Made by a program: the position numbers and the translations under genes. Source: a virus. Taken from it: DNA of 32,906 nucleotides. The notes under the pieces are model-generated. The model had not been told where the DNA came from and did not search any database. It saw nothing but the letters and a program-made list of their open reading frames with translations. This document shows, one piece after another, positions 16,298 to 24,492 of the stretch. The number at the start of each line of letters is the position of its first letter. The stretch's first letter is position 1. Location of the stretch: IMG/VR virus record IMGVR_UViG_3300013735_000005, positions 1-32,906 of that record; one strand, given 5' to 3'.

Positions 16298-16337
16298 CCC
16301 TAGCTTATGGTTTGGCGACTTAAGGCTAGGGGTTTTT
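16298..16337. terminator. Hairpin plus T-run between int and the lipoprotein gene, possibly bidirectional
   Basis: CCCTAGCTTA...TAAGGCTAGGG stem of about 10 bp with a bulge. TTTTTGTTTATTT follows on the + side. The U/A-rich flank on the - side is weaker. Confidence 0.4.
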
Positions 16338-16339
16338 GT

Positions 16340-16930
16340 TTATTTAACTTCATAGGTTAGTAGCCTATAAAAATTCTGTTCTCCATCAATTTCTTGTATG
16401 ACTTCTACATTATGTGTTCCTGGTTTTAATTGTTCACCTTTTAGCGTTAGAGTACCTTGATGGCTAGAATCATTTGATAATTGCAAGATATTGTTTTCTT
16501 GTCCATCTACGTATACTTTTGTTGGTTCATTACCATCTACTTCAACATTTTCAGCTAATAAACCAATTGAACTTATAGTTGTTTTGGGATCAACTATTAA
16601 AGTTACTTGTGGACCTTCACCTCCAGGGGTGCTAAGGTTGATTGTACCTGCTCCTTTTTCTTCTCCATCTATCTTCTTTTGGCTTTCAGGTGCTGCTTGG
16701 TCTTCTTTTCCCCCATCTTCTGCAATTTCATCAACTACTTCTTCGTTGTTTTTTGGTTCTTCTGGTATGTCGTACTCCTCTCTTAACCTTTTGTTTTCTT
16801 CCTCTAACTCTCCTATACGTGCAAGCAATTGCTCCGCAGTCTTATCCTCTTGAGTTTGCTTTGCTTCTTTTTTGCCGCATCCTGCAAGTAGTAGGGTAGA
16901 TGCTAGTAAAATAGCAATTTTTCGTTTCAT
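16340..16930 (-). CDS. Prophage lipoprotein, superinfection-exclusion (Sie/Ltp-like) candidate
   Basis: Start at internal Met (MKRKIAILLASTLLLAGCGKKE) with RBS AAGGGAGAA. Lipobox LAGC. Located between int and cI. Confidence 0.7.
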   Translation of the reverse strand: MKRKIAILLASTLLLAGCGKKEAKQTQEDKTAEQLLARIGELEEENKRLREEYDIPEEPKNNEEVVDEIAEDGGKEDQAAPESQKKIDGEEKGAGTINLSTPGGEGPQVTLIVDPKTTISSIGLLAENVEVDGNEPTKVYVDGQENNILQLSNDSSHQGTLTLKGEQLKPGTHNVEVIQEIDGEQNFYRLLTYEVK

Positions 16931-16969
16931 ATTTTTCTCCCTTGTGGTATAATGATCTTGGTAGAGGCA

Positions 16970-17001
16970 GAGGAGCACCGTTTTGGTGTTCCTCTTTTTT
17001 T
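16970..17001 (+). terminator. Hairpin GAGGAGCACC-GTTTT-GGTGTTCCTC plus T7 in the cI-lipoprotein spacer. The T-run is on the + strand side.
   Basis: 10-bp stem with one mismatch. TTTTTTT follows only on the + strand and overlaps the cI stop. Confidence 0.4.
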
Positions 17002-17653
17002 ACCTAATATTCTGTTTGTATATACCTATGACTTGTCCTAGTATCTTGATGTTTTTTCCATCATCTTCTGTAATTATGATAGGACTATACGCACTATTTT
17101 CTGGCTGTAGTACTATCTTATCATCACTTTTATAAAATCTTTTTAGTGTTGTGTCATCATCGATTAGTACTGCTGCTATAGATCCATTTTCTACGTCTGG
17201 GGTCTGACTTATAAAAACATAGTCACCTTCGTGGATACCAGCGTCTATCATGCTATCGCCTTCAGCTCTTAGGATAAAGTCTCCCTTTATTATAGATGGA
17301 TCTGATAAAAAGTAACCGTCTAGGTTTTCTTGGGCTAGTATTGGGTCACCACAGGCTATTTCTCCTAAGATTGGTATCAATCTACCTTTTTGCATGGGGA
17401 TTGCTCCTGGGATGTCTTCGATATTTATTTTTTCTTCTATTAAATCTGATTTGTCTATCCCAAAATAATTAGCTAGCAACTCAATTTTATCTATTCTAGG
17501 ATATTTTTTTCCATTTACCCAATCACTAAGTGTAGAGTAGGGCGTGTCTAATATTTCTGCTAATTTCGTCCTAGATATATCTTTATCATCCATATACATT
17601 TTTAGATTTCTAGAAAATATATCTTTATTCCCCAAATCATTTCTTTTTGACAT
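17000..17653 (-). CDS. cI: CI-type lysogeny repressor (HTH_XRE plus S24 LexA-like autopeptidase)
   Basis: N-terminal HTH (RTKLAEILDTPYSTLSDWVNGKKYP). C-terminal GDSM...KRF Ser/Lys dyad region. Divergent from cro. RBS GAAAGGAGG. Confidence 0.85.
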   Translation of the reverse strand: MSKRNDLGNKDIFSRNLKMYMDDKDISRTKLAEILDTPYSTLSDWVNGKKYPRIDKIELLANYFGIDKSDLIEEKINIEDIPGAIPMQKGRLIPILGEIACGDPILAQENLDGYFLSDPSIIKGDFILRAEGDSMIDAGIHEGDYVFISQTPDVENGSIAAVLIDDDTTLKRFYKSDDKIVLQPENSAYSPIIITEDDGKNIKILGQVIGIYKQNIR

Positions 17654-17753
17654 ATTAACCTCCTTTCTATCCTTATAATAACATTTTAAGCGTAATAATG
17701 CAAGAAAATATAATACTAATTAAATAATTTTATGCAAAAAGCGAAAAAAATAC

Positions 17754-17787
17754 TTGACATAACGCTAAAAGCGTAGTATTGTATAAT
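17754..17787 (+). promoter_or_regulatory. Rightward early promoter / operator region
   Basis: TTGACA at 17754-59. Palindrome AACGCTAAAAGCGT at 17761-74. Extended -10 TGTATAAT at 17780-87. The spacing to the TTGACA is non-canonical (22 nt). Confidence 0.4.
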
Positions 17788-17812
17788 TAACAAATTCAAA
17801 GGAGGTGAGAAT

Positions 17813-18013
17813 GTGGAAAATATGAAACTAAGTTTAAAAGCATTAAGAGCTAATAAAGATATGACTCAAGCTGAGGCTTCTAAACGCTTAGGAGTTAATC
17901 CTGGCACACTTTCAAGATGGGAGTCAGGTAAATCTTATCCATCAATTACACAAATCAAAAAGATAGAAGAGTTATACGATGTTGAATATAAAGATATTTT
18001 TTTTAGCGTTTAA
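17813..18013 (+). CDS. cro: Cro-like HTH_XRE regulator
   Basis: QAEASKRLGVNPGTLSRWESGKSYPS helix-turn-helix. GTG start at 17813, or ATG 17822, after GGAGGTGA. Confidence 0.7.
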   Translation: MENMKLSLKALRANKDMTQAEASKRLGVNPGTLSRWESGKSYPSITQIKKIEELYDVEYKDIFFSV

Positions 18014-18044
18014 TAACGCTTTAAGCATAAAAAGGGGGGGATAA

Positions 18045-18821
18045 ATGAACAATTTAGAAATTTTTAAAAATAGTAATTTTGGAGAATTAAGAACTATTAC
18101 AGATGAGTATGGGCAACCATGGTTTATAGGTAAAGATGTAGCTAAAGCATTAGGTTTTACAAATACTAGAGACGCGATAAAAACTCATGTTTTCGAAGAA
18201 GATAAGGGGGTAGATTTGGTCGACACCCTTGGCGGAAGACAAAAAATGACAGTAGTAAACGAATCTGGCCTTTATGCATTAGTTTTTGGAAGCCAATTAG
18301 AAGACGCAAAAAAGTTTAAGCATTGGGTTACTCATGAAGTACTACCAGCTATTAGAAAAGATGGTGGATATATGGTAACCAAAGAGGGCGAGACTGAAGA
18401 AGAATTGATTGCTAGAGCTTTGATATTAGCACAAAAAAGTATTGACCGCCTAGAGTTAGAAAATAAACAGAAAGACCAAATCATTGGTGAGTTAAGACCT
18501 AAGGCTGATTATGTTGATAAAATCTTACAAAATACATCATTGATTAAGGTTAGCTCTATCGCTAAAGATTATGGGATGACTCCTCAAGAGATGAATAATC
18601 TGCTACATGAGTTAAGGATCCAATATAAACAAGGTAAGCAATGGTTACTATATGCAAATATCCAAGACAAGGGATATACAAGTTCTGAAACTCACGTTTA
18701 TAAGAAAAAAGATGGAACTACAGATGTCAATTTACTTACTAAATGGACACAAAAAGGAAGAATGTTTTTATATGAAGAACTTAAAAGAAATGGATATTTA
18801 CCAATGATTGAGAGGGTCTGA
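18045..18821 (+). CDS. ant: Phage antirepressor (BRO-N domain plus KilA-C/Ant C-terminal domain)
   Basis: N-terminus FGELRTITDEYGQPWFIGKDVAKALGFTNTRDAI is a typical BRO-N. C-terminal half is KilAC-like. Confidence 0.8.
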   Translation: MNNLEIFKNSNFGELRTITDEYGQPWFIGKDVAKALGFTNTRDAIKTHVFEEDKGVDLVDTLGGRQKMTVVNESGLYALVFGSQLEDAKKFKHWVTHEVLPAIRKDGGYMVTKEGETEEELIARALILAQKSIDRLELENKQKDQIIGELRPKADYVDKILQNTSLIKVSSIAKDYGMTPQEMNNLLHELRIQYKQGKQWLLYANIQDKGYTSSETHVYKKKDGTTDVNLLTKWTQKGRMFLYEELKRNGYLPMIERV

Positions 18822-18822
18822 A

Positions 18823-19047
18823 ATGAACAGATGCAAGAGTGATGATGATTTAGTAAAAAAGGCTGCCAAGCTTTTAGGAGTAAGTGAAACAGCTATTAGA
18901 GAGGGTTTAAAGATTGATAAATGGAACTTTGGTGTTAGTTTTCCACTAACAGGGGAGCAGCACAGTGTATTTATTGATGAATATAGCTTGAAATTAGTGG
19001 AAGAAGGAAAGATATCACCTTTTAAGGGTGGTTGGAGTTTACCATAA
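18823..19047 (+). CDS. Hypothetical small protein with HTH-like segment
   Basis: ATG 18823 after GAGAGGG. AAKLLGVSETAIREGLK. Confidence 0.4.
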   Translation: MNRCKSDDDLVKKAAKLLGVSETAIREGLKIDKWNFGVSFPLTGEQHSVFIDEYSLKLVEEGKISPFKGGWSLP

Positions 19048-19057
19048 GGAGATAAAA

Positions 19058-19231
19058 ATGACATTCAGGATTTTAAATTTTAACAAAACACAAAATGGGA
19101 GATTGGCAAGAAAGCAAGCTAAAAGAGAGGAATTTGTACAAAACCAAATTAGAAAAAATCGTGAAGAAGCTGAGAAAAAAGCTCGTATGAAACAAATTTG
19201 TGATGTTAGAAGATATTGCTTTGGAGAATAA
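19058..19231 (+). CDS. Hypothetical basic small protein
   Basis: ATG 19058 after TAAGGAGA. 57 aa, K/R-rich. Confidence 0.35.
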   Translation: MTFRILNFNKTQNGRLARKQAKREEFVQNQIRKNREEAEKKARMKQICDVRRYCFGE

Positions 19232-19319
19232 AAGCAAAAGAGCCCAATAGACTGCAATCTAAGGGGCTCAGCAATATTAAATACATGGTTATTATACCAC
19301 TACTAGAAAGGATTGAGAA

Positions 19320-19502
19320 GTGAATATATACCAAAGTGAAGAATTTAGGAAGAACCTTAAAGAGTTAAGCAAAGATGAGCTTAAGGAAGTAAAAAATTTA
19401 CATGAAAGCTTAAAGCCTAGACCAGAGGAAGAACTGTTTTTGATAGAAAGAGAATTTAGAAGAAGAGAGAAAGAGAGGAACTATGCGAGTTACCTTTACT
19501 AA
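19320..19502 (+). CDS. Hypothetical small protein
   Basis: GTG start. 60 aa, charged. Confidence 0.3.
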   Translation: MNIYQSEEFRKNLKELSKDELKEVKNLHESLKPRPEEELFLIEREFRRREKERNYASYLY

Positions 19503-19752
19503 GTGCATCTATGAAGACTATGAGGTTGATATACCAAAGCAAGCTATGGATGAAGTCTTTTTTGATGACTATGAGCAAGCGATTATCGAATTTATGGGCA
19601 AAGCAGAAAAGATCGGAGAAGATACTGATATTGATGATATTAAAGTTGGCAAGCTTGATAGTCGAGATGAAAAATATTTAGAAGATCTTGATAGGCAAGC
19701 GAGTGAAGATGAAAGGTTGCTTAACTCTCAGTACGAGGATGGTCTGCTATGA
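19483..19752 (+). CDS. Hypothetical acidic protein
   Basis: 89 aa. ATGA-coupled to the downstream exonuclease gene. Confidence 0.4.
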   Translation: MRVTFTKCIYEDYEVDIPKQAMDEVFFDDYEQAIIEFMGKAEKIGEDTDIDDIKVGKLDSRDEKYLEDLDRQASEDERLLNSQYEDGLL

Positions 19753-20687
19753 CTAATATCATAACTAATGTTAGTAAGCTATCCCGTGAAGAGTGGCTAG
19801 AGCTAAGGCAAGTAGGTATAGGTGGCTCTGATGCAGCAGCTGCTTGTGGCCTAAGCAAGTGGAAGAGTCCAGCACAACTATATCTGGAAAAGACTATGAA
19901 AGTGCCTAAGGAAAACAATGAGAGCGAACACTTAAGGCAAGGGCGTGACTTTGAAGACTATGTAGCCCAAAGATTTACAGAAGCCACTGGAAAAAAGGTT
20001 AGGAGAGATAACCACATGATGAGTGATGAAGAATATCCTTTCTTAATTGCGGACATTGACCGTCGTGTTGTGGGAGAAGATGCAATCCTGGAGTGTAAGA
20101 CTGCTAGTCCTTATGTAAAGGATAAGTGGGCAGATGGTGCTATACCTATAGAGTATGAGCTTCAGTGTTTGCACTATATGTCTGTTACTGGTGTCAAGAA
20201 GTGCTATATAGCCTGCCTTATCTTTGGTACTGACTTTATCATTCGTGAGGTTGACTGGGATGATGAGACTATACAGATGTTAAGACAAAAAGAAGTCGAG
20301 TTTTGGACTGAGTATGTGGAAAAAGGTGTGATGCCAGAGCCGGATGGGTCTAGTTTATATGATGAAGCACTCAAAAAACGCTTTAAAGGGGGTCTAGAGG
20401 ATAGTATTGACCTTGATACAGATAAACATGCCTATGACCTATATCTTTACAATAAGGAGCAGATTAAGACTCTAGAAACCTATAACAAGCAGTTTGAGCA
20501 GGAGATAAAGCTTGCTATGGGTGATAACAACTACGGAGAGAGCAAACACTTTACAGTGAGCTATAAGCCTAGTACTAGCGTAAGGCTTGATACTAAGAGG
20601 ATTAAGAAGGAAGCACCTGAGATATATGAGAAGTACGGAAAAGAGACTGAATCTAGAAGATTTTTGATTAAGGAGATTAAAGAATGA
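19749..20687 (+). CDS. YqaJ-type viral recombinase exonuclease (lambda Exo-like PD-(D/E)XK)
   Basis: LSREEWLELRQVGIGGSDAAAACGLSKWKSPAQLYLEKT is the YqaJ N-terminal signature. Paired with a downstream RecT. Confidence 0.8.
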   Translation: MTNIITNVSKLSREEWLELRQVGIGGSDAAAACGLSKWKSPAQLYLEKTMKVPKENNESEHLRQGRDFEDYVAQRFTEATGKKVRRDNHMMSDEEYPFLIADIDRRVVGEDAILECKTASPYVKDKWADGAIPIEYELQCLHYMSVTGVKKCYIACLIFGTDFIIREVDWDDETIQMLRQKEVEFWTEYVEKGVMPEPDGSSLYDEALKKRFKGGLEDSIDLDTDKHAYDLYLYNKEQIKTLETYNKQFEQEIKLAMGDNNYGESKHFTVSYKPSTSVRLDTKRIKKEAPEIYEKYGKETESRRFLIKEIKE

Positions 20688-21064
20688 GTGATAAGAAAAA
20701 ATTTGAAGAAATGTTAATTAAAGAATTTGTGAAACAAATGATTAATGAAGCAAAGCCAGAAATGGATTATCAGAAATCGAGAGAGAAAGATAAGAAAATC
20801 GAAGAAAAAGAGGATCTTAACAAATTTATGATTGATCTTGTTTATAAGAGCTCATGGGAGTCTGATAAAGGTTGGTTAAAAGGGAAACTGAAAGATGCTT
20901 GCCAAGATTTATATGGCAGAAGTAGTAGTGACGAGTTTCCATATACTGAGCTTTTCATAATTGGATTATATGGGGTTGTTGCAGAAGCTAGAGATGATTT
21001 AAGTGTAGATGAGTTTCAAGAGATTATAAACGATAATTGTGATCTTATAAATGACTTGTATTAA
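20684..21064 (+). CDS. Hypothetical protein between exo and recT
   Basis: 126 aa. ATGA overlap upstream. Confidence 0.5.
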   Translation: MSDKKKFEEMLIKEFVKQMINEAKPEMDYQKSREKDKKIEEKEDLNKFMIDLVYKSSWESDKGWLKGKLKDACQDLYGRSSSDEFPYTELFIIGLYGVVAEARDDLSVDEFQEIINDNCDLINDLY

Positions 21065-21078
21065 AAAGGAGATTTTAA

Positions 21079-21975
21079 ATGACTAACGCAAAACAAGCAT
21101 TAAGCAAGAAAACTAATAGTAAACCAGCACCACAGGATAATGTAAGGAATCTACTTATGAGTATGAAAGGGGAGATAAACAATGCCCTACCTCAATACTT
21201 GCCTACTGAGAAGTTTATAAGGACAGGCTTAACTGCTATTAATAGCAATCCTAAGTTACTGCAATGTAGTCCACAGTCTTTACTTGCTGCAGTGATGAAC
21301 TCAGCACAGTTAGGGCTTGAGTTTAATACTCCACTAGGTGAGTCTTATTTGATACCTTATGACAATAAGAGAAAAGGAATTGTAGAAGTTCAGTTCCAAA
21401 TTGGATACCAAGGACTCCTAAAATTAGCACACAACACAGGTCAATTCAGAAGAATAACTGCTAAGGAAGTACACGAGAACGATGACTTTGATATTGACTA
21501 TGGAACTGGAGAGATCAAACATAAACCAGTTCTAATCGGAGAATCTGGAGATGTGATTGGCTACTATGCTGTTTATGAAACCAAAGAAGGTGGTCGTGAT
21601 AGCTTCTACATGAGTAAAGAGGATGCAGAAGCCTACGGAAAGAAGTTTTCTAAAAGCTATTACAAAAAAGATGGCCCATGGCAACAAAATCCAGATGCTA
21701 TGGCTAAGAAGTCTTGCATCATTCAAGTGCTTAAATACGCCCCTAAGGCAATTGATAAGCCTGAGCTAGGCCAAGCTATGGCTTATGACAATCAAGTCTT
21801 TAAATCGTCAAATACTGATGCAGAAACAGGTGGTATTACTTATGATATTGACTATGAAGTTGTGGAAGATGAGCCAGAACAAAAGCAAGAGCCTAAGGTG
21901 GATAAGGAGACTGGGGAAGTTTTGGAAGATGACTTCTTTGAGGATGATTTTGAGCCTGTAAAAGATGACAAGTAA
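21079..21975 (+). CDS. recT: RecT-family single-strand annealing recombinase
   Basis: SPQSLLAAVMNSAQLGLEFNTPLGESYLIPY...VQFQIGYQGL is RecT-like. RBS AAAAGGAGA. Confidence 0.8.
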   Translation: MTNAKQALSKKTNSKPAPQDNVRNLLMSMKGEINNALPQYLPTEKFIRTGLTAINSNPKLLQCSPQSLLAAVMNSAQLGLEFNTPLGESYLIPYDNKRKGIVEVQFQIGYQGLLKLAHNTGQFRRITAKEVHENDDFDIDYGTGEIKHKPVLIGESGDVIGYYAVYETKEGGRDSFYMSKEDAEAYGKKFSKSYYKKDGPWQQNPDAMAKKSCIIQVLKYAPKAIDKPELGQAMAYDNQVFKSSNTDAETGGITYDIDYEVVEDEPEQKQEPKVDKETGEVLEDDFFEDDFEPVKDDK

Positions 21976-22711
21976 TTTAGTTAAAACTTTTAAAAAGTTT
22001 CAAAAATATAAGTGGGGTAGTTATACTCTTTGGTCTGATTTTATTGAGATGTCAGCTTTAAGTATTTCTATCCCAGTGGACATCAAGCAAAGAGCTAGAA
22101 GGTCAAAAAGATATTTGGAAATATCGAATAAATATACAAAAGAGGAACTAGGCATTTTTGCTGATATGCTTGGTAGCTTAGTACTTGATCTGGAAGAAGA
22201 TCCTAGAGATGTGCTGGGTGAGGCTTTTATGGAGCTAGAGCTAGGAAATAAGTGGAAGGGGCAGTTTTTTACGCCTTATAACTTGGCTTATTTACTAGCT
22301 GAGCAGACTATTAGCAAAGAGAGTGTCGAGGATGCTATTAAAGATAAGGGTTATTTTACTGTTATTGATGAGGCTTGTGGCGGTGGAGTCACTTTGATGG
22401 CTGCTTTTAGTCTAGTTCATAATATGGGTTTTAATCCTCAAAATGTCATGGTGATTGAGGGCAGGGATCTTGATGCTAGGTCTTGCCATATGTCTTATGT
22501 GCAGTTGTCTTTGTTGGGGGCTAATGCAGTGATAAGGCAAAGAGATGCTTTAGCAAGCCTTGACACTCCAGATGATGATATTTGGTTTACACCTTTTTAT
22601 CTTATGGGTGGCTGGAAATATAGGACTAGAGTTGGCAAGCTTGAGCGTGATGTAAAGACGGTTACTGATGATGATGGGCAGGTTAGTTTTTTAGTTAGTG
22701 AGGTGAGTTAG
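21965..22711 (+). CDS. HsdM/N6-adenine-methyltransferase-like protein with a degenerate motif IV (TPFY), ending ~35 aa after it; apparently truncated, predicted non-catalytic
   Basis: In order: DVLGEAFMELELGNKWKGQFFTP (HsdM_N / motif X), VIDEACGGG (motif I), IEGRDLDARSCHMSYVQLSLLGANA (motif II-III region), then IWFTPFYLMGGW where NPP[YF] is expected. ORF ends about 35 aa later. Confidence 0.6.
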   Translation: MTSNLVKTFKKFQKYKWGSYTLWSDFIEMSALSISIPVDIKQRARRSKRYLEISNKYTKEELGIFADMLGSLVLDLEEDPRDVLGEAFMELELGNKWKGQFFTPYNLAYLLAEQTISKESVEDAIKDKGYFTVIDEACGGGVTLMAAFSLVHNMGFNPQNVMVIEGRDLDARSCHMSYVQLSLLGANAVIRQRDALASLDTPDDDIWFTPFYLMGGWKYRTRVGKLERDVKTVTDDDGQVSFLVSEVS

Positions 22712-23610
22712 TGGCAGAAGAAAAGAGATACTATTGGCTGAAATTAGCTGAAGACTTTTATGAAGATGACACGATCCAATGGATTGAGGAACAAGAGAAT
22801 GGAGTGGCATATGTAAATTTTTATCTAAAACTACTCCTTAAGAGCCTTAAAGATGATGGCTATTTAATAAGGTTTGTAGGCACTAGACTTATACCTTATG
22901 ATGTAAAATCTTTATCTCGATTGACTAATACTGACCCCGATACTGTACGAGTGGCGATGGAGCTTTTTAGGCAAGTAGGATTAGTGGAAATGCTGGACTC
23001 GGGCGAGATTTACATGTCTCAGATAGATGAGATGATTGGGTCAGAAACTCAAGCCGCTAAGCGTATGAGGAAGTTAAGAGCAAAGGAAGCGTTGGAAGAT
23101 CAAGGTTTAGATGATAAAAAACAATTAGAAAGCAAGCGTAACAATGTTACGAACGAGCGTAACAAAGTTCAGAAATGTTACACAGAGTATAGAGATAGAG
23201 ATATAGAGTTAGAGAGTAGAGATAAGAGCAAGAAGGATGATGACTCATGGAAAACTCAAATTTTATCTGCATGGAATAGTTTAGATAAAAATATTCCTAA
23301 GATCAAGTCTCTAAATGCTGGCACTGATAGGCATAAACTGACTAAGGCTAGGATAAATGAGTATGGGATTGAGGCTGTGCTAAGTGCTATTAGGTCTATC
23401 GATGATAGTCAGTTTCTTAAGGGCTATAAGACTGACTTTGTTATTAACTATGATTGGTTTATAAGACCTAACAACTTTGTCAAGGTTAGGGACGGCAATT
23501 ATATAGACCGTAGTAATCCTAATAGTTATAGGAGTGATAGTAGATATAGCGAGGCTGATACTGATATATCAGACCTAGAGGCAAAGTTAGATAGGATTAG
23601 CAAGTTATGA
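22711..23610 (+). CDS. Phage replisome organiser / replication initiator (phage_rep_org_N-like N-terminus)
   Basis: GTG start after AGGTGA. YYWLKLAEDFYEDDTIQWIEEQENG matches the replisome-organiser N-terminal signature. Confidence 0.7.
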   Translation: MAEEKRYYWLKLAEDFYEDDTIQWIEEQENGVAYVNFYLKLLLKSLKDDGYLIRFVGTRLIPYDVKSLSRLTNTDPDTVRVAMELFRQVGLVEMLDSGEIYMSQIDEMIGSETQAAKRMRKLRAKEALEDQGLDDKKQLESKRNNVTNERNKVQKCYTEYRDRDIELESRDKSKKDDDSWKTQILSAWNSLDKNIPKIKSLNAGTDRHKLTKARINEYGIEAVLSAIRSIDDSQFLKGYKTDFVINYDWFIRPNNFVKVRDGNYIDRSNPNSYRSDSRYSEADTDISDLEAKLDRISKL

Positions 23611-23798
23611 CTAAATTTTTAAAGGGCAATGACCCTGTCGCTGATAAAAGAAAAATTAATAGGTGGATCAATCAGTTAAACGAGTGCAAAAAGGACCCTG
23701 AGCATTATGGTATGAGCAATGAGCAGTTATCTAGGTTTGAGACTAATATGCGTAGTATTGCAAAGCAGTATAGGCAGATTTATGGAGGTAGGTCATGA
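23607..23798 (+). CDS. Hypothetical small protein
   Basis: ATGA-coupled. 63 aa. Confidence 0.45.
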   Translation: MTKFLKGNDPVADKRKINRWINQLNECKKDPEHYGMSNEQLSRFETNMRSIAKQYRQIYGGRS

Positions 23799-24220
23799 GA
23801 CCTAAATTATCACTAGATATGACCTTTGATGAAGTATTTAGAAAATATGAGGAGAAGTATATAAAAGGCACCGTCTACTTTGAGGGGGTGCTTATAGATA
23901 AATATAAAAATATCGAAAAAAGACAAATCGTAAGATTTATAACTGGAGGAGTATATAAACCTGATTACAGCTATGACAGAGATAAAGACCATGTAACTAT
24001 GAGTTTTAGATATAAAGATCCTGCAAAGTTTATACCTATAGAGGATGTACTAAAAGACAAAGACTTAATCCTTAAGATTAAAAAGATGAATGACCAAGAT
24101 TACAGAGCTAGTAGGATTAGGGATAAATACAACGTGGATGAAAATATAGTAAGAGATATCAAGCATGGTACAGGACCATTTAAAAAGATTATGGAGGAGT
24201 TAGAGTGTCAGAGTATATAA
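23795..24220 (+). CDS. Hypothetical protein
   Basis: 141 aa. ATGA-coupled. Confidence 0.5.
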   Translation: MRPKLSLDMTFDEVFRKYEEKYIKGTVYFEGVLIDKYKNIEKRQIVRFITGGVYKPDYSYDRDKDHVTMSFRYKDPAKFIPIEDVLKDKDLILKIKKMNDQDYRASRIRDKYNVDENIVRDIKHGTGPFKKIMEELECQSI

Positions 24221-24492
24221 ACCACCCAGACCACTACAATCAAGGGGATATAGAGGTTATAGATGTCATAGAAGATTGGAACTTAGGGTTTCATCTGGGA
24301 AATGCCATTAAATATATAGCTAGGGCTGAGCATAAAGGTAACACTAAGCAGGATTTAGAGAAAGCTAAGTGGTATATACAGCGATATATAGAGGAGTGTG
24401 TAGATACTGGACCGGCTGGAGTATTTATTTATACTGGAGATGACGAATATTATTTTAGAGAGATTGAGTCTGAAGAGGAGGTGGAGGAATGA
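24205..24492 (+). CDS. DUF3310-family phage protein
   Basis: INHPDHYNQGDIEVIDVIEDWNLGFHLGNAIKYIARAEHKGN is the DUF3310 signature. GTG start after GGAGGAG. Confidence 0.6.
   Translation: MSEYINHPDHYNQGDIEVIDVIEDWNLGFHLGNAIKYIARAEHKGNTKQDLEKAKWYIQRYIEECVDTGPAGVFIYTGDDEYYFREIESEEEVEE

Noticed and set aside
16491-16899. Plus-strand ORFs antisense to the lipoprotein gene
   Set aside because: They are Ser/Leu/Phe-rich shadow frames of the Glu/Lys-rich lipoprotein coding strand. There are no start signals.
16943-17001. Reading 16943 promoter plus 16970 hairpin as a lipoprotein-gene promoter
   Set aside because: Both elements are oriented on the + strand. The lipoprotein gene is on the - strand, where the complementary sequence has no -10-like hexamer at useful spacing.
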